A model generated the notes under the pieces. The model was given only the letters and a program-made list of their open reading frames with translations. It was not told where the DNA came from and ran no database searches. Position numbers and translations under genes: made by a program. Below, in pieces: positions 52,075-64,000 of a stretch of 64,000 nucleotides of DNA (the first letter of the stretch is position 1; each line of letters opens with the position of its first letter). Where the stretch lies: positions 98,582,001-98,646,000 of the forward strand of contig CM052817.1 of NCBI GenBank assembly GCA_028534125.1. Reading direction: 5' to 3'. This DNA comes from Lama glama. Taxonomy: Eukaryota.

Positions 52075-54200
52075 CCCTAGGCTCAGATACCTTTACAAGG
52101 GAGAGGTAAGTTCCACCAAGCATTCAGAGAACAGATATTCTTACACAAATTGTTTCACAAATTTAAAAGGGAAGTGGTGATGGTGCCCAACTCATGTAAT
52201 GAAGCTAACAAAACCCAAGATACTTCAAACCAGAAAGCTATAGCTTAATCTCACTTACGAGCATAGACAGAAAATCCTTAACATAGTATTATCAATCCAA
52301 ATCCAGAGGTGTATTTTTAAAAACTACAACCATGTTTTATTTATAATTCTAATGTAAGAATGATTAAATGTGATGAAAATATATTCAGGTAATTGACCAC
52401 ATTAATAGATGAAGAGAAAATTTATGTGATTATGTCAATAGGTAGAGAGGAAAAGTATTAGATAACATTCACCCCATTCGTGAAAACAACAACAGAAAAT
52501 CTTTAAGCAAATAGTCCTAGAAAAAACCTTTATTAACCTAAAATGATACATACCAAAAATTTAGAGTGAATATTATACTTACTGATGGGAAGTCTGAAAT
52601 ACTCCCTTTAAAGTCAGATATAAGATAAGGATATTACTATTCAGCCATGTCCCAGAAGTCTTAACCAATGTAGTAAATAAAATAAAACAAAAGATTTCAG
52701 GATTGAAAAGGAGTAAGCATAAGTGTCATTACTTTTTAGACAACATGATGTTTAGCCTAGAGAACTCTAAAAGAATCTTTAGACAAATTATAATAAGAAA
52801 GTTCAGTAGGATTGTGCAGTTGAAAAAAAAGAGCAATATAGAAAATCTGTAGTATTCCAAGATACCAACAACAATTATAAAATGTCATTTTTTAAAGACC
52901 TCATTTACAATAGTAACAGACATTAAAGATACATAGAAACAACATTTTTTAAATTGAGTTGCACTTACACGGAAAAAAACTTCCAAAACATTGAAAGGTA
53001 GAAAAGGATTGCAAAAATAAAAGAAGAAATATATGATGTTCGTGGCGGAAAAGAATCAAACTACAAAGATTTTTATTTTTGTTCAAATTCATACATAAGT
53101 TGATAGAATTCCAATAAAAATTCCAACAGAGATTTCTGTAGGACTTGAAAAAACTAATCCTAAATTTTATTTAGAAAAGCAATGGAAAAATAAAAGCTGA
53201 GACAGTTTTGAAAACAAAGAAGCTGGGGTAAGTGGACAGAGCAGTAAGAAAGTAACATATCGCAAAACTCTAATAATTAAGATAATGGAGTCTTGGCACA
53301 TTAGTCCAGTGGTAAAAAAAAAATGAAAAAACACAAAAAATGGCTATTCAATAAATGGTTGTGGGACAGGTAATTATTTAAACATATGGAAAAGAAATAA
53401 ATGGGTCACCATATACAGTGATACTTTGTGGTTTAAAAGACCAAATTTGGAAAACAAAAATTTTAAACGTTTATAGGATGCGGTAACAATCTTTACGTCT
53501 GCAGGGTAGAAAAAAATTCTGAAACAGGCACCAACAGTACAAACAATAAAGAGAATACCTGTACTACTGACTGTGTGAAAAGAAAAAGTCTTGAGTACAA
53601 CAAAAGACAACTAAACATGAAAAGATAAACTACAGAGCAGGAGAAGATACAGCAAATAAAACCACCAATAAGCAGTACCCAGAATTTACCAAGAACTCTG
53701 AAAAATAAGAAGAAAAAAATTCAATAGAAAAATAGCCAAAGGACATAAAGAGGCAGGTCAAAGAGGAAGTAACATGACTGACTGATGAACAAAAGAAAAG
53801 ATGTTTCTTCTAACCAGTAATCTGGAAAATGCAGATCAAAACCACAACGCAAGACCATGTGAAGTTCATCGGGTTAGCGATAAATTTAAAGCCTGACCAT
53901 CCCAGGTCAAGAATATGGACCAGTGAACTCTAGCAAACAGCTGATGGAGTTATAAATTAGTAAGCCCTTGAGGGGAAATTTTGGCAATATGTAATAAAAT
54001 TGAAAACAAGCAGATTCTTTCAGTAATTTCACTCCGAGGCATATGCCCTAGAGAAACTCTTACAAGGGGTGTGGCCACAGAGATCTGTATGCAGTGTTCT
54101 TTGCACAGCTATTTATGAGAACAAAATATTGAAAATAACCCATATGCCTACCAACCAGAAGACTGGATTTAAAAATTGTTATGTGGTTAAACTGGAATAG
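52075..54200 (+). mobile_element. Ancient L1 (L1M/L1ME-type) ORF2 and 3' region
   Basis: A-rich; ATCTCACTTACGAGCATAGACAGAAAATCCTTAAC (RT ISLMNIDAKILN-like); TATTCAATAAATGGTTGTGGGA; ATGCAGATCAAAACCACAA. Confidence 0.85.
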
Positions 54201-57200
54201 TATTTCTGTCTAATAGTTTTTATGTTTCTCAGCACAGTGCAATATTTCCATTTTTTAAAACAAGCAGAGAGCAGGTAAATAGAGTAGTTATATCTGAAAA
54301 AGGAATACTTCTGGATATTTCTAATCTATAAGCTAGGCTAGAAAATTGCTGGAAGAAATCATTACATGATAAATTTACAAATACCTCAAAGGCATCAGAA
54401 TGCATGATCTGGAAGGAACCGGTCACATCAGGCTCACCTAATTTTGTAACATGGCAGACTAATAGATCTAGTGGATACAGAGGAAGAGATAAACGCAATG
54501 TCCCAACTTGAGCAACAGTTCTTATCCTGGGCCATATGCTATTCTCATCAAATAAAAAAAAGAAGGAAAAGAAGAAGAAGAAAGAAAGAAAGACAAAGCA
54601 GAGTAGGGGAAGGAAATTTAAAATGAAAGTGGAGATAGCATAGTCTAGACCTAGACTCAGGCCAATAGGATTAAATTACACAGATGGATAGCTCTTCTTC
54701 CTTCAAGACCATTATCAACCTTTGAGAGCAAAACTAGAGGCAGTCTGACCTCCCTGTGTTCCTTGGCCTCAGAGGTAAAACAAAGACCATAGGCCTTCAA
54801 TGTTCAGTTGATATCTCTCTAAGAGAGAGTGAGAATTCTGTCATATGGAGATATATTTATTAAATTTAAAAAGTGATCAAAGCCAATCTAATATTTTAAG
54901 AGAGGATACCAAAGGAGGAGTACAGCTAAGGAAGAGAAATTGATAACCGATACATAAAAGATGAAAAAGAAGCCCTAACCAGGAAGCACAGTTCATGGTC
55001 CCTCACAAGAAAAACAACTTTGGCAAAGAAAGTGGTCATTTTCCATCAAGCATTTAACTTGATGAGAGACACGGGCTAGCGAGGGAAGGACCAGCGTCTC
55101 CACAGCGGCATCTCCCTGCAGTCTGATGAGGCAACTCCACCCTCAGTGACCAGCCAGATGGTCTCATGTGCTGTGATGGATCAGTTGAGAGTAGAAATCA
55201 ATTGAGAGTTCAGCCTGGATGGCAAATTGACTTTTAAACATGGTGTCACTGTGATCTGAAAGTCAACCACAATCAGGGCATCCAGAAATAGGAACCCTGC
55301 CCTGAGGGTGAGCCCAGTTATTCTCAATTCTTGCTCCACGGGGTGTCCGTGTCCATCTCCACCGCTTAAAAGAAATGGAGGGCTGGGAAGATGGGCGGGG
55401 AGATTCTTCAAAATCAGCAAGTTGTTATGAAAGCATGCCTCTGAGAAGAGAAATGTTTGCATTCATGTTAAGAGAGGATGTTAGCTGGTCATTTCACACA
55501 CATGAAAGGCCTTACCCAGAATGTGGTTCCTGGCAGTTCTTCATCTTAGGAAAAAGAAAATAAGGGTTTAGATATGCAACATGAGATATTTAGATCAAAA
55601 ATTTAAAATAACTTTCAGACAGAGCAGCTAACAAACTTTAGATAGAAAAGGTCTGTATGAAAAGTTGTAGGCTTTCCTTCTAAGGAGGAATTCTTTAATA
55701 AAATGTATTATTTTTAATACATTTCTGGATAATCCTCCCAAGATTTCTCTCAGTTCTGAAATAAGAATCTTTCTAGAACACTCACTGAAAAATTGCTAAA
55801 AATTATTTGAGTAAATAAGAGGAAAAAAGTCATTATAAATTAAGCACTTGGCAAGGTAAACATTGCACTGCACAGTGAAGGTGTTTTGCCTTAAATTATA
55901 CACCCACATCCCAAAAGAAAGATCAGCATTAATGCTTTTAAAACAGCTAATGCTTCACAGAAAAATATATAATTTCAGAAACGATCTGCCCACGACTCCT
56001 ATTTTCTTTGTTACTTCCCTCTGTTTTCTTAAATACTTTGTTAATATTTGCATAAGAGCAGGACCTTACTTTCATGAGAGCACAGATCTTCAATCGATGT
56101 TTATAATATTACACAATTGTTGAAATTACACTGAGCAAAAAAAGAACACACATGTAGTGCTGAGGAGTTTGCATACTGGAAGACAGAGCATTCCCAGAAT
56201 AAGTGACATGTTGTGTATTCGACACTGTCATTGCCAGTGTTTATTCTCCAGTACCTGCCCTTTATCTGAGGAATGGGCTCAACTCCCTCCCTTCTAGGGT
56301 GGAGTGGCGGAGTGGGAGTGGGGATGGCATATGCTGTGCTGGAGCCTCTGTTTCTAGGACTCCTACGTGCTCTCTTAAAGGAGGAGGCAGGTCATGCACA
56401 TCCACACTCGGACTGCAGTGGAGGGGGTTTCCAGCTGAGACTGGGACAAAGCACAGAGCACCCTGATGCTGTGGACGAAGAATGAATGAAAAGTGGGAAA
56501 AGCGCACTGAGTACAGGACTCCCTGTATCTTTTGTAACCCGAAGAGTCAAAAAAAAACAGACTAAATTTCATCTTTAAATGAAACAGAAAATAGTGACAC
56601 CACCAAGGAAGCCCTGACAGCCTTCTTTTCATTTCCTCCAGCCCAAGGCTGAGCGCGGCTGAGAAAGAACTGTCCACATGGGGCGTGGGATTGAGGAAAA
56701 AGAGCCTGTCTCACTTAGATTGTGTCCCTTGAAAACAGCAGAAATGGACTCTAGCTAGCTTCAGGAAAAATAAAGCAAAATAAAATTAAAAACCTGAATG
56801 TTTTAACATAACATGAGGTTACTCCTAGAATTAAAGGAAAAGTAGGTGGAAAAAAGTTTTTCTGAGAAAAAGCTAGCATCCAGGCAGCTCTAGGGATTTA
56901 GGAACAGACGATTTCCTCCAGCCATCATGAGCATCCCACTGCCCCACCCCCGATCATGAGGAATGAATTCCAGTCCTATTCCATTGTCCTTGTGTCAGTC
57001 AGGACAAGATCCAAATCCAGGAGGAAGAACCCCATCTTGAGTTTGTACTCACCCCTCAGACAGAAGCTAAAGGGGCGTCTTGCCTGACAGTCCCCCGATA
57101 CTGAGTTCAGCAGGGCAGGGCTGGTCCCCTGTTAGAAGTAAGAATGGACATCAGATAGACGACATCAGAGAAGGTGTAGACACTAAGGAGCCGAGCAGCT

Positions 57201-57739
57201 GGGCAGCTGAGGAGAGAAGGAGGGTTAGGGAATGTGCATAAACTCACAGGAGAGGCCAACAGGTCCCAGAGACGACTGGTTTACTTGACCCCTTTCTGAT
57301 GACTCGTCAGCAATCTGGAACATTCTTCAGTGTCCAAGAATATTGCTTGTCTATCATTCTCCATTCAGCTATTTATATTTCATCTCTCGCTCATCCTCAT
57401 GCCCCAAATTTCACTAATAAATTAAGGGGGATTTCTTCACCCCATGCTCTTCTTCCAAAGTATACAGACCATTTTAAGCATTGCTTCCTAATTAATGCAT
57501 TCACTTATTCAAAAGTAGCCATCCTTGGCCAGGAAGTGCCACTTTAAAGTGCAATTATTTGGGCTCCATCATCGGCAACCACAACCTTGAGGCAGAACTC
57601 CAGCAGCTCAATGAGCTACTGATGCCAATGTGCACACAAAACCATTTCCAAAGACTCCTTGAAGTTAAACACAGCCAGGAAGAACATTTTAGATTTAGAG
57701 ATACTGCATCATCTCCAGACCCAGTCAAACGTCACACCC

Positions 57740-57976
57740 TGCAGATACTAATACTATATATAAGATAAACAACAAATTTCTACTGCATAGCACAGGGAAC
57801 TATATTCAATATCTTGTACTAACGTATAATGAAAAACAATAGAAAAGGAATCTATGTATGTATATATATATATATGACTGAAATATGATGCTGTACACCA
57901 GAAACTGACACAGCATTGTAAACTGACTATACTTCAATTAAAAGAAAACATAAGAAAATTTAAAGAAAAGAAAAAG
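57740..57976 (+). mobile_element. Artiodactyl-type L1 3' end
   Basis: TAGCACAGGGAACTATATTCAATATCTTGTA...GCTGTACACCAGAAACTGACAC...ACTATACTTCAATTAAAA plus A-rich tail. Confidence 0.85.
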
Positions 57977-59448
57977 TGTGTGAAAGAAAACCACTGCCAA
58001 CAACAACAAACATTCCACCAAAAAGGAGAGTTCTGAGGCATCGAGAACAATGAAACGCTTGAAATTTTTGAAAGCAAATCTAGAGATGAATACATGTGTT
58101 TATGACATTTTCAGAGTCCCCAAAATTAAATGTCTTTATAAAAGGTGCATTCTTGGGTCATTGTATAGGTGTAAGTATAGATGTCAGCCCTGTACCTACA
58201 GTCACTCGGTTCAAGTGGCACCTACCTCAAACAGACCACCCCACTGTTGTTCCTGGCTCCCGTTTCTTTGTCAGCCATGAGTAGAGGTGCGTGACCACAC
58301 ACGTGTATACAGGTACTTACACGTTCACCTACACGAACCCAGCATGTTCTCACACTTGAGGTGGGGGCTCTGTACATGATTCACTGAGTAATGAAATCCC
58401 CTTGACCCTTTCTGAGCACAAAGAGCGTGAAACAGTCAAAGGGGAAGAAAAGGAAGAAAAGCACATGAGGACTTGGCAAAAAGCTAAAACCAACAAGGGC
58501 TAAAAAGAGCAAGGCAAAAATTGAAGGGAAAAAATGTTAAAGTATGGTTCAAAGAGAATAAAATTTTTCAACACCAGAGGGAAGACATGTGTTTTTCCTT
58601 AGCTTTTCAAATCTGAGGTTAGTAGGCAAGTGATTCTGAAGAAATGTACCTCAGCCTGGAGCATCTGAGATCGCAGTGAGACCTGGGTGCACTGCCACTA
58701 GGAAGACTACTCTCAAGTAGGAAAAGAGACATTTTTAATACAACTGTAATACTTTCAAACATCTCTAATAATCCAAGAAAGCCAACAAGTGGTTAATATG
58801 GAGAACCTCGATTTAATGAAGAGACAAGCAGACTTTCTTACCTAGCCCTCAAATGTTTGTATTGCATATAAATGCATGTCAAATTCAAATCAAATTTTTT
58901 AAGAAGTATAACCTGCCACACCATGTTTTAACCTAATCATGGGAAATGTATAGCATAAGTGCTTTAAATCCCACATTCTAGTGCATTCAGACATTTAGAG
59001 TCACAAATGTTTCAAGATTGTGGCCAATATTGATTGGATTTTGGATTTGGAAGAGATATGAAACACCGTATTTCCCTACCCCCCAGCTCCTTGACCACTT
59101 CCGCCATGGATAAAAATTGCGCAAAAACATTAGAGCAGTTGTGGGGGGGATGTCAGGGGTCACCCCCTCTCCTTTCTAGGAGATGATGCTGCCGATTAGC
59201 TGTAGGAAAAAGAGGAGGCATAGTGGTTGCTTGAGTCAGGGTATAATTTAGCCCTAATTGAGGAGAAAGCTTGATGAAACCAAAATGGGCAGTATGTGTT
59301 CTTTAATTCACATTAAGCACCGTTAGATGTTTTATTTCTCTAGAACCTCGTCTACTACTAAAAAAAAAATTGTTTTCTGGAGAATGTTGGTCTTTTGCTC
59401 CCTTAGGCCGAGTTGATTTGGACAAGTCTAATTAACAATATGGCTTCC

Positions 59449-59740
59449 TGAAATAAGTCAGAGAAAAACAAATACTGTATATCACTTGTATGTGGAATCT
59501 AAAAATATGACCAATTAGTGAATATAACAAAAAAGAAGCAGACTCACAGATACAGAGAACAAACTAGTGCTTATCCGTGGTGCAGAGGGGGCAGTATAGG
59601 GGGCGGGGTGTGGGAAGTACAAACTGTTGGGTGTAAGACAGTCTCAAGGAATAGAAAACACGGAATACAGCCAATATTTTGTAATAACTGCAAATGGAAA
59701 GCAACCTTTAAAAGTTGTATAAAAAATTTTTTTTAGTTTT
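59449..59740 (+). mobile_element. 5'-truncated L1 3' end with TSD
   Basis: ATATCACTTGTATGTGGAATCTAAAAA...GAAGCAGACTCACAGATACAGAGAACAAACTAGTG; TSD TAA(C/G)AATATGGCTTCC at 59433-59448 and 59741-59756. Confidence 0.85.
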
Positions 59741-59861
59741 TAAGAATATGGCTTCCAAATGCAGGAATTGGCTTTAACTGAATAACATGAGACAATACTG
59801 AATCTCATACAAATCTATGCTTTCCTGTTTTTCCATTTTTGGCTTTTATTATTTTGTGTTT

Positions 59862-60497
59862 TTTCTTTTTATTGAAATCAAATCTATAAAAATTTGTCCT
59901 TTTAATCATTTTCAAGTGTGTAATTCAGTGGCATTCATTATAATACATAATGTTGTATAATCATCACATTTATTTCCCAAACTTTTTCATCATCCAAAGC
60001 AGAAACTCTGTACCCATCAAACAGTAATTCCCCATTTCTCCTTCCCCTCGTTCCCTGGTAATTTTAATTGACTTTCTGTCTATGAATTTTCATACTCTAG
60101 ATATTTCATATAAATGGAATCATATAATATTTGCCCTTTTTTGTGTCTGGCTTATTTCATTTAGGATAATGTTTTTAAGGTTCATGCATGTTGCAGCATT
60201 TATCAGAACTTCTTTCCATTGTATGGCTAAGTAATATTCTGTTGTATGAATACATTGCATTTTGTTTATCTTTGCATCTGTTGATGGACATTTGAGTTGC
60301 TTCCACCTTCTTGGCTATTATAAATAATGCTGCAGTAAACATTGCCATACAACTATCTGAGTCCCTGTTTTCAGTTCCTCTGGGTTTATCCCTGGGAGTA
60401 GAATGGCTGGGTCTTATGGTAATTCTGTTTAACTTTTTAAGGGGCCACCAAACTATTTTCCACAGTGGCTGTGCCATTTTCCATTCCTACCAGCAGT
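59862..60497 (-). mobile_element. L1MB-type 3' end
   Basis: CATATAAATGGAATCATA...TGATGGACATTTGAGTTGCTTCCACC...CCACAGTGGCTGTGCCATTTTCCATTCCTACCAGCAG. Confidence 0.9.
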
Positions 60498-62014
60498 TTT
60501 TTCCTTTTTTAAGCAGCTTTTTCTTAAGCCTCTGAAGAGACAAAAAGCCAAGGAAAGAATAAGGAGCTGGCCTGTGTCTCAAGGAGCCAGCCTCTGTCAT
60601 CTTTCATCTTGTCATGCTGTCCTGCTGACTTTTATAAGTGGACTGTAAAACGGTTCTCATTTTAACACTTGGTTTTATTTTTGTTTTTTTCTTATTACAC
60701 AGAGATGTGTAAGTAAGTGCATGTTTCGCCTTTTGGTTCGCTAGCCCATATTATTTCCATTTTCCATCATAGGGCTGTGGGAAACCATTACTTTGGTTGG
60801 ATGCAAGGAAACATGTCCAAGGCCTATTATTAGTTACCCTCCATGCACGCTGGGAGTTGTTCTCGGTTCCCCTAACACCCAGATCCTTCCACCTCACCAG
60901 ATTGCGGTTACACTTTCCAGTCTTTTTCCTCCTTAAACAAGTTTTCCCATGTCATTCCGCAGAGCAATTACAGGCAGCTCTTCCTGCTTCTGGCAGATTG
61001 ATTGTTTCATTTAGTGGTGTGGTTTTGCTTTGCCTATAAAAGGAATTTCTTCTGTATTAATTTTTTGACTTAAAATTTCAGGAATAACTCCACTAAGTGT
61101 ACAATGTCCCTGGGAATGTAAACTGCACACGATTGCAACCAAAAGGACCACAGGTGGCATTTTTGAAAAACTGCACTTGATTCGTCCTTTTGGTCCATTA
61201 CGTGCCCCAAGGAGAGGGGTTGCAACTGGCTGATGTATTAACCCCTCAGAGAGCAAGACCCTCATGAGATGGCACTTTCTCAATGTGCAACCGAAAATAG
61301 ACCTTCTTCTCACCTTGCCAACCTAGTTAGGCGGCAGAAAGGACTTACAGACAAAAGGTCAATGCTGAGTGGCCAGCAAAGCCAGGACAAGGATGCGGTG
61401 AGTAATGTGCTCGCCTTTGGTGGAAACCTGAATGGGTTCCCCCTGCAAAATCTCAGTAATCAATCAAGATAAATAATATTTTCATGCAATCTAAAACATA
61501 GAAATCAATGGAAAATATACATGATAGACAACATATCAACATTTGCATTATGATAGGGTTAGTATTACTGATTTTTCCTTTTTTCCTCTGGCTCCAATAT
61601 GGTTCAGCACAGTACCGGTGTCCAGAAAGGTTTTTATGATGATGAAAGAAAAGCAGAATCATTACAACATTTCTGTGGTTCCATTAGTCTACTTTCTCAA
61701 ACTTCTCTCCCATGAAATCACTCACACAGAACCCTGGGCAAAACTGTGAACCAAGTAAAGTCCGTCCTCAGTGGCTTCCATCTGCTTCTGTCCCCCTCCC
61801 CCACCCCCAGATACCCGTGGATCTTGGGCTGTCCCCTGACTTCTGATGCCTTTCACTTGGGCTCCTTAGCTAGACCTACTGTCCCCCAAAAGAGGCCAAG
61901 CTCTCTGCATTTCTCCTAAACTTTGCATAGCCACATAAGACAAGAAGTATCTACCCCAAAGGAAAAAAAAAGTTTCATATCAAAAAAGGTCTATGATTAT
62001 TGAAAGAGCAATTA

Positions 62015-62200
62015 GTCTTAGAGTCATAAGATTTCAGAAGATTACAGAGATCCACCAAAACTATTCTTTTTACTTTACTAATAAGTAACAGACCTAAAGA
62101 GGATAAAGTTAGCTTGTACAACAAGTTACACTAGAGAGATAACCAACACTAGAAGTCGGGTCTACTTGCCTACAAAATTGACAGTTTAATCTTTACTCTG
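62015..62200 (-). mobile_element. MIR-like remnant
   Basis: TTAGAGTCATAAG...AGAGATCCACCAAAAC...TTTACTAATAAGTAACAGA; weak match. Confidence 0.4.
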
Positions 62201-62225
62201 TGGTTTTGACATTTGTAGCAGAACA

Positions 62226-62287
62226 TTAAAAAAAATTCAGAAATCACTGAGACATGAAACTACTCAATATCTTTCTCAGAGTTTATT
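62226..62287 (-). terminator. Polyadenylation signal with GU/U-rich downstream element
   Basis: Minus strand: GTGT-AATAAA-CTCTGAGAAAGATATTGAGTAGTTTCATGTCTCAGTGATTTCTGAATTTTTTTTT. Confidence 0.55.
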
Positions 62288-63929
62288 ACACAATCACCAT
62301 CGTTAAAGACTTCAAACATTTATCCAGAGATGATTTTGTGTCTGCGGTACTGTGCTAAAAATTGTCTTGGTGTAGGAGGTAAAATTTCAAATAATCGTTC
62401 AACAACTAAGAGCAGAGAGTTCATGGAGAAAAGAAACGGGCAAACACAAGTGGGGAGACTGAGCAAAAGAATCAGTATGTAGATTTGCTACAATAAATGT
62501 TGTTTTTAAAGAGCCAGCATTTAAGCAAGCTACAAAATTTGTGGGGAAAGTTTTTCAAATAGTTCAGTAATCAGGATATCTTCAAGGTGTGGCCCAGGAA
62601 TGCAGATGGATTTTTCTAACAAATACGTCCCTTGTACCAAAAGGGTGTCACAGCATTAGAGGTCTTTCCCTGCTAAGTATTTTCTCATTCCTCTCTAAAG
62701 TGAGATGCAAAATATGTTTACATATCTTACATAAGTCAAAGTCAAATAAAAAGCAAACACCAACCGTTAGCTAGAACATGTACGTCACTGCACTTCAGTG
62801 CAATAAACAATTTGGGGAGGGGGGAGACTGAGCAGACCCACTCCCACATGGTGAAAAACGTATCAATTGCAGTTATGGACTGGAGGAAGGGGAGAAAGCA
62901 TGATTCTTAGTCTTCTGACGTTCTTTTCTGAAAATGAGTACTCTGAAGCCTTAAATTTTAATTGACTTTTCTTTTTTTTCCATGATATTGGTGACATTTT
63001 TCTCTTCATTCAAGTGATTGCTTATTTTCTGTAAACTGTCAAAAGCCTAAAGATTCTGCTTTCTTGGACAATCAGTAGTTTCTCATTCACTTTTTAGAAA
63101 TCTTTAAAAGGTTTAGAAGTAAACACTTTTTATTTTTTAATTATTGCCCCAAATTATACTTCTAAATGTAATATGATGATCGCAGTATTTGTCGGAGTTG
63201 TCTCAAGTGAGGTACAATCAACTAACACACCGACAAGATCTGTGGAGAAATCTAAACCAATAAGTGATGCACACATTGAAATCCACATCCCCACCCGCAG
63301 CCCTGCACCCCCATACCTTGCCCCCTGCCAAAAATTGCCAAGACAGACACCCTTCTCCCAATTTGTCATTTCTCTACATTTTCAAAACAGCCAGAAAGTC
63401 TCCATTTCTTTCTAGAATTCAGCCAATGAATTACAAAGCGATTGTTATTGCTGGACACTTTGTGTTACAATTTTACGCAGCACATTTTCCCTAAATGCTG
63501 CTCTGGCTCCAACCTAGTAATTTCCTTAGTAGTAATTGTATCTGTGCCTCCTCAAGTGCAAATCTAACATCATTTACGCTTATCCGGGTCCAGCTTCCAC
63601 ATTCTTACTAGAAAGTTGCCAGCACCACCTAGATGCCACATAATAGGATCGTTGGTTGCTAAATTGGTGTTTCAAGGAACAGGAAAAGAATATCAAACAC
63701 CAGCCTCAAAACATCACATTCAGCTTGAAAATATAGTTTATCATTTAACTTGGCTTTAAAATATTTGATTTTGGACTTGGTGAGCAGGCATTTCTAATCA
63801 ATATTATTGATAAACACAAGGCAGGTGATGAGGTGGAACTAAAGGTTCTATCGCTACACGCAGGATAGTGCTTCAGCGGCAAAGTGCCTGAGATGCAAAT
63901 GCAAAATTGCTTCACATTTCATTGCTCAC
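62260..63929 (-). other. Probable terminal exon / 3'UTR of an upstream minus-strand gene
   Basis: Acceptor ATCTTTTAACGTTTTGCTTTAG| at 63930, then GTGAGCAATGAAATGTGA (a stop within 18 nt in all three phases). ~1.65 kb with no repeats I recognise and some retained CpGs. AATAAA at 62287-62282 followed by a GU/U-rich tract. Confidence 0.6.
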
Positions 63930-64000
63930 CTAAAGCAAAACGTTAAAAGATGGCTCAACGGTTGTTTCTTCACAATCGACGTCCTCTAAATGGTACTCCA

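Noticed and set aside
63893..63900. Octamer ATGCAAAT
   Set aside because: A single 8-mer is expected by chance in 64 kb of AT-rich DNA.
1..64000. Gene names and a novel multi-gene system
   Set aside because: Only a handful of candidate codons are present, too few to recognise either gene. There is no operon-like, viral or intact transposon coding content.

Overview
AT-rich, CpG-depleted mammalian genomic DNA, probably camelid: four copies of a tRNA-derived SINE match my recollection of the camelid Vic-1 type, alongside artiodactyl-type L1 3' ends and ancient MIR, L2, L1M, MER20, MER58, LTR16 and MLT1 remnants. No prokaryote-style genes, CRISPR arrays or intact transposons are visible, and essentially all ORFs in the track are chance or repeat-derived. 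Inferred architecture: (i) a CpG-island promoter at ~17.1-17.7 kb driving a minus-strand gene, with a non-coding exon 1 ending at 17439, a candidate 5'UTR exon at 12198-12360 and a candidate first coding exon at 2303-2372 (MKIT...), continuing off the left edge; (ii) a possible divergent plus-strand non-coding transcript; (iii) ~45 kb of repeat-rich, apparently intergenic DNA; (iv) the probable terminal exon/3'UTR of another minus-strand gene at ~62.26-63.93 kb. I could not name either gene. I found no convincing new biological system. The best unexplained signals are a near-perfect 30-bp hairpin at 473-543, a diverged ~150-bp direct repeat bracketing the CpG island, and a 57-bp TSD-flanked poly(A) micro-insertion. 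Repeat family names come from recalled consensus motifs, not a search, and their boundaries are approximate.
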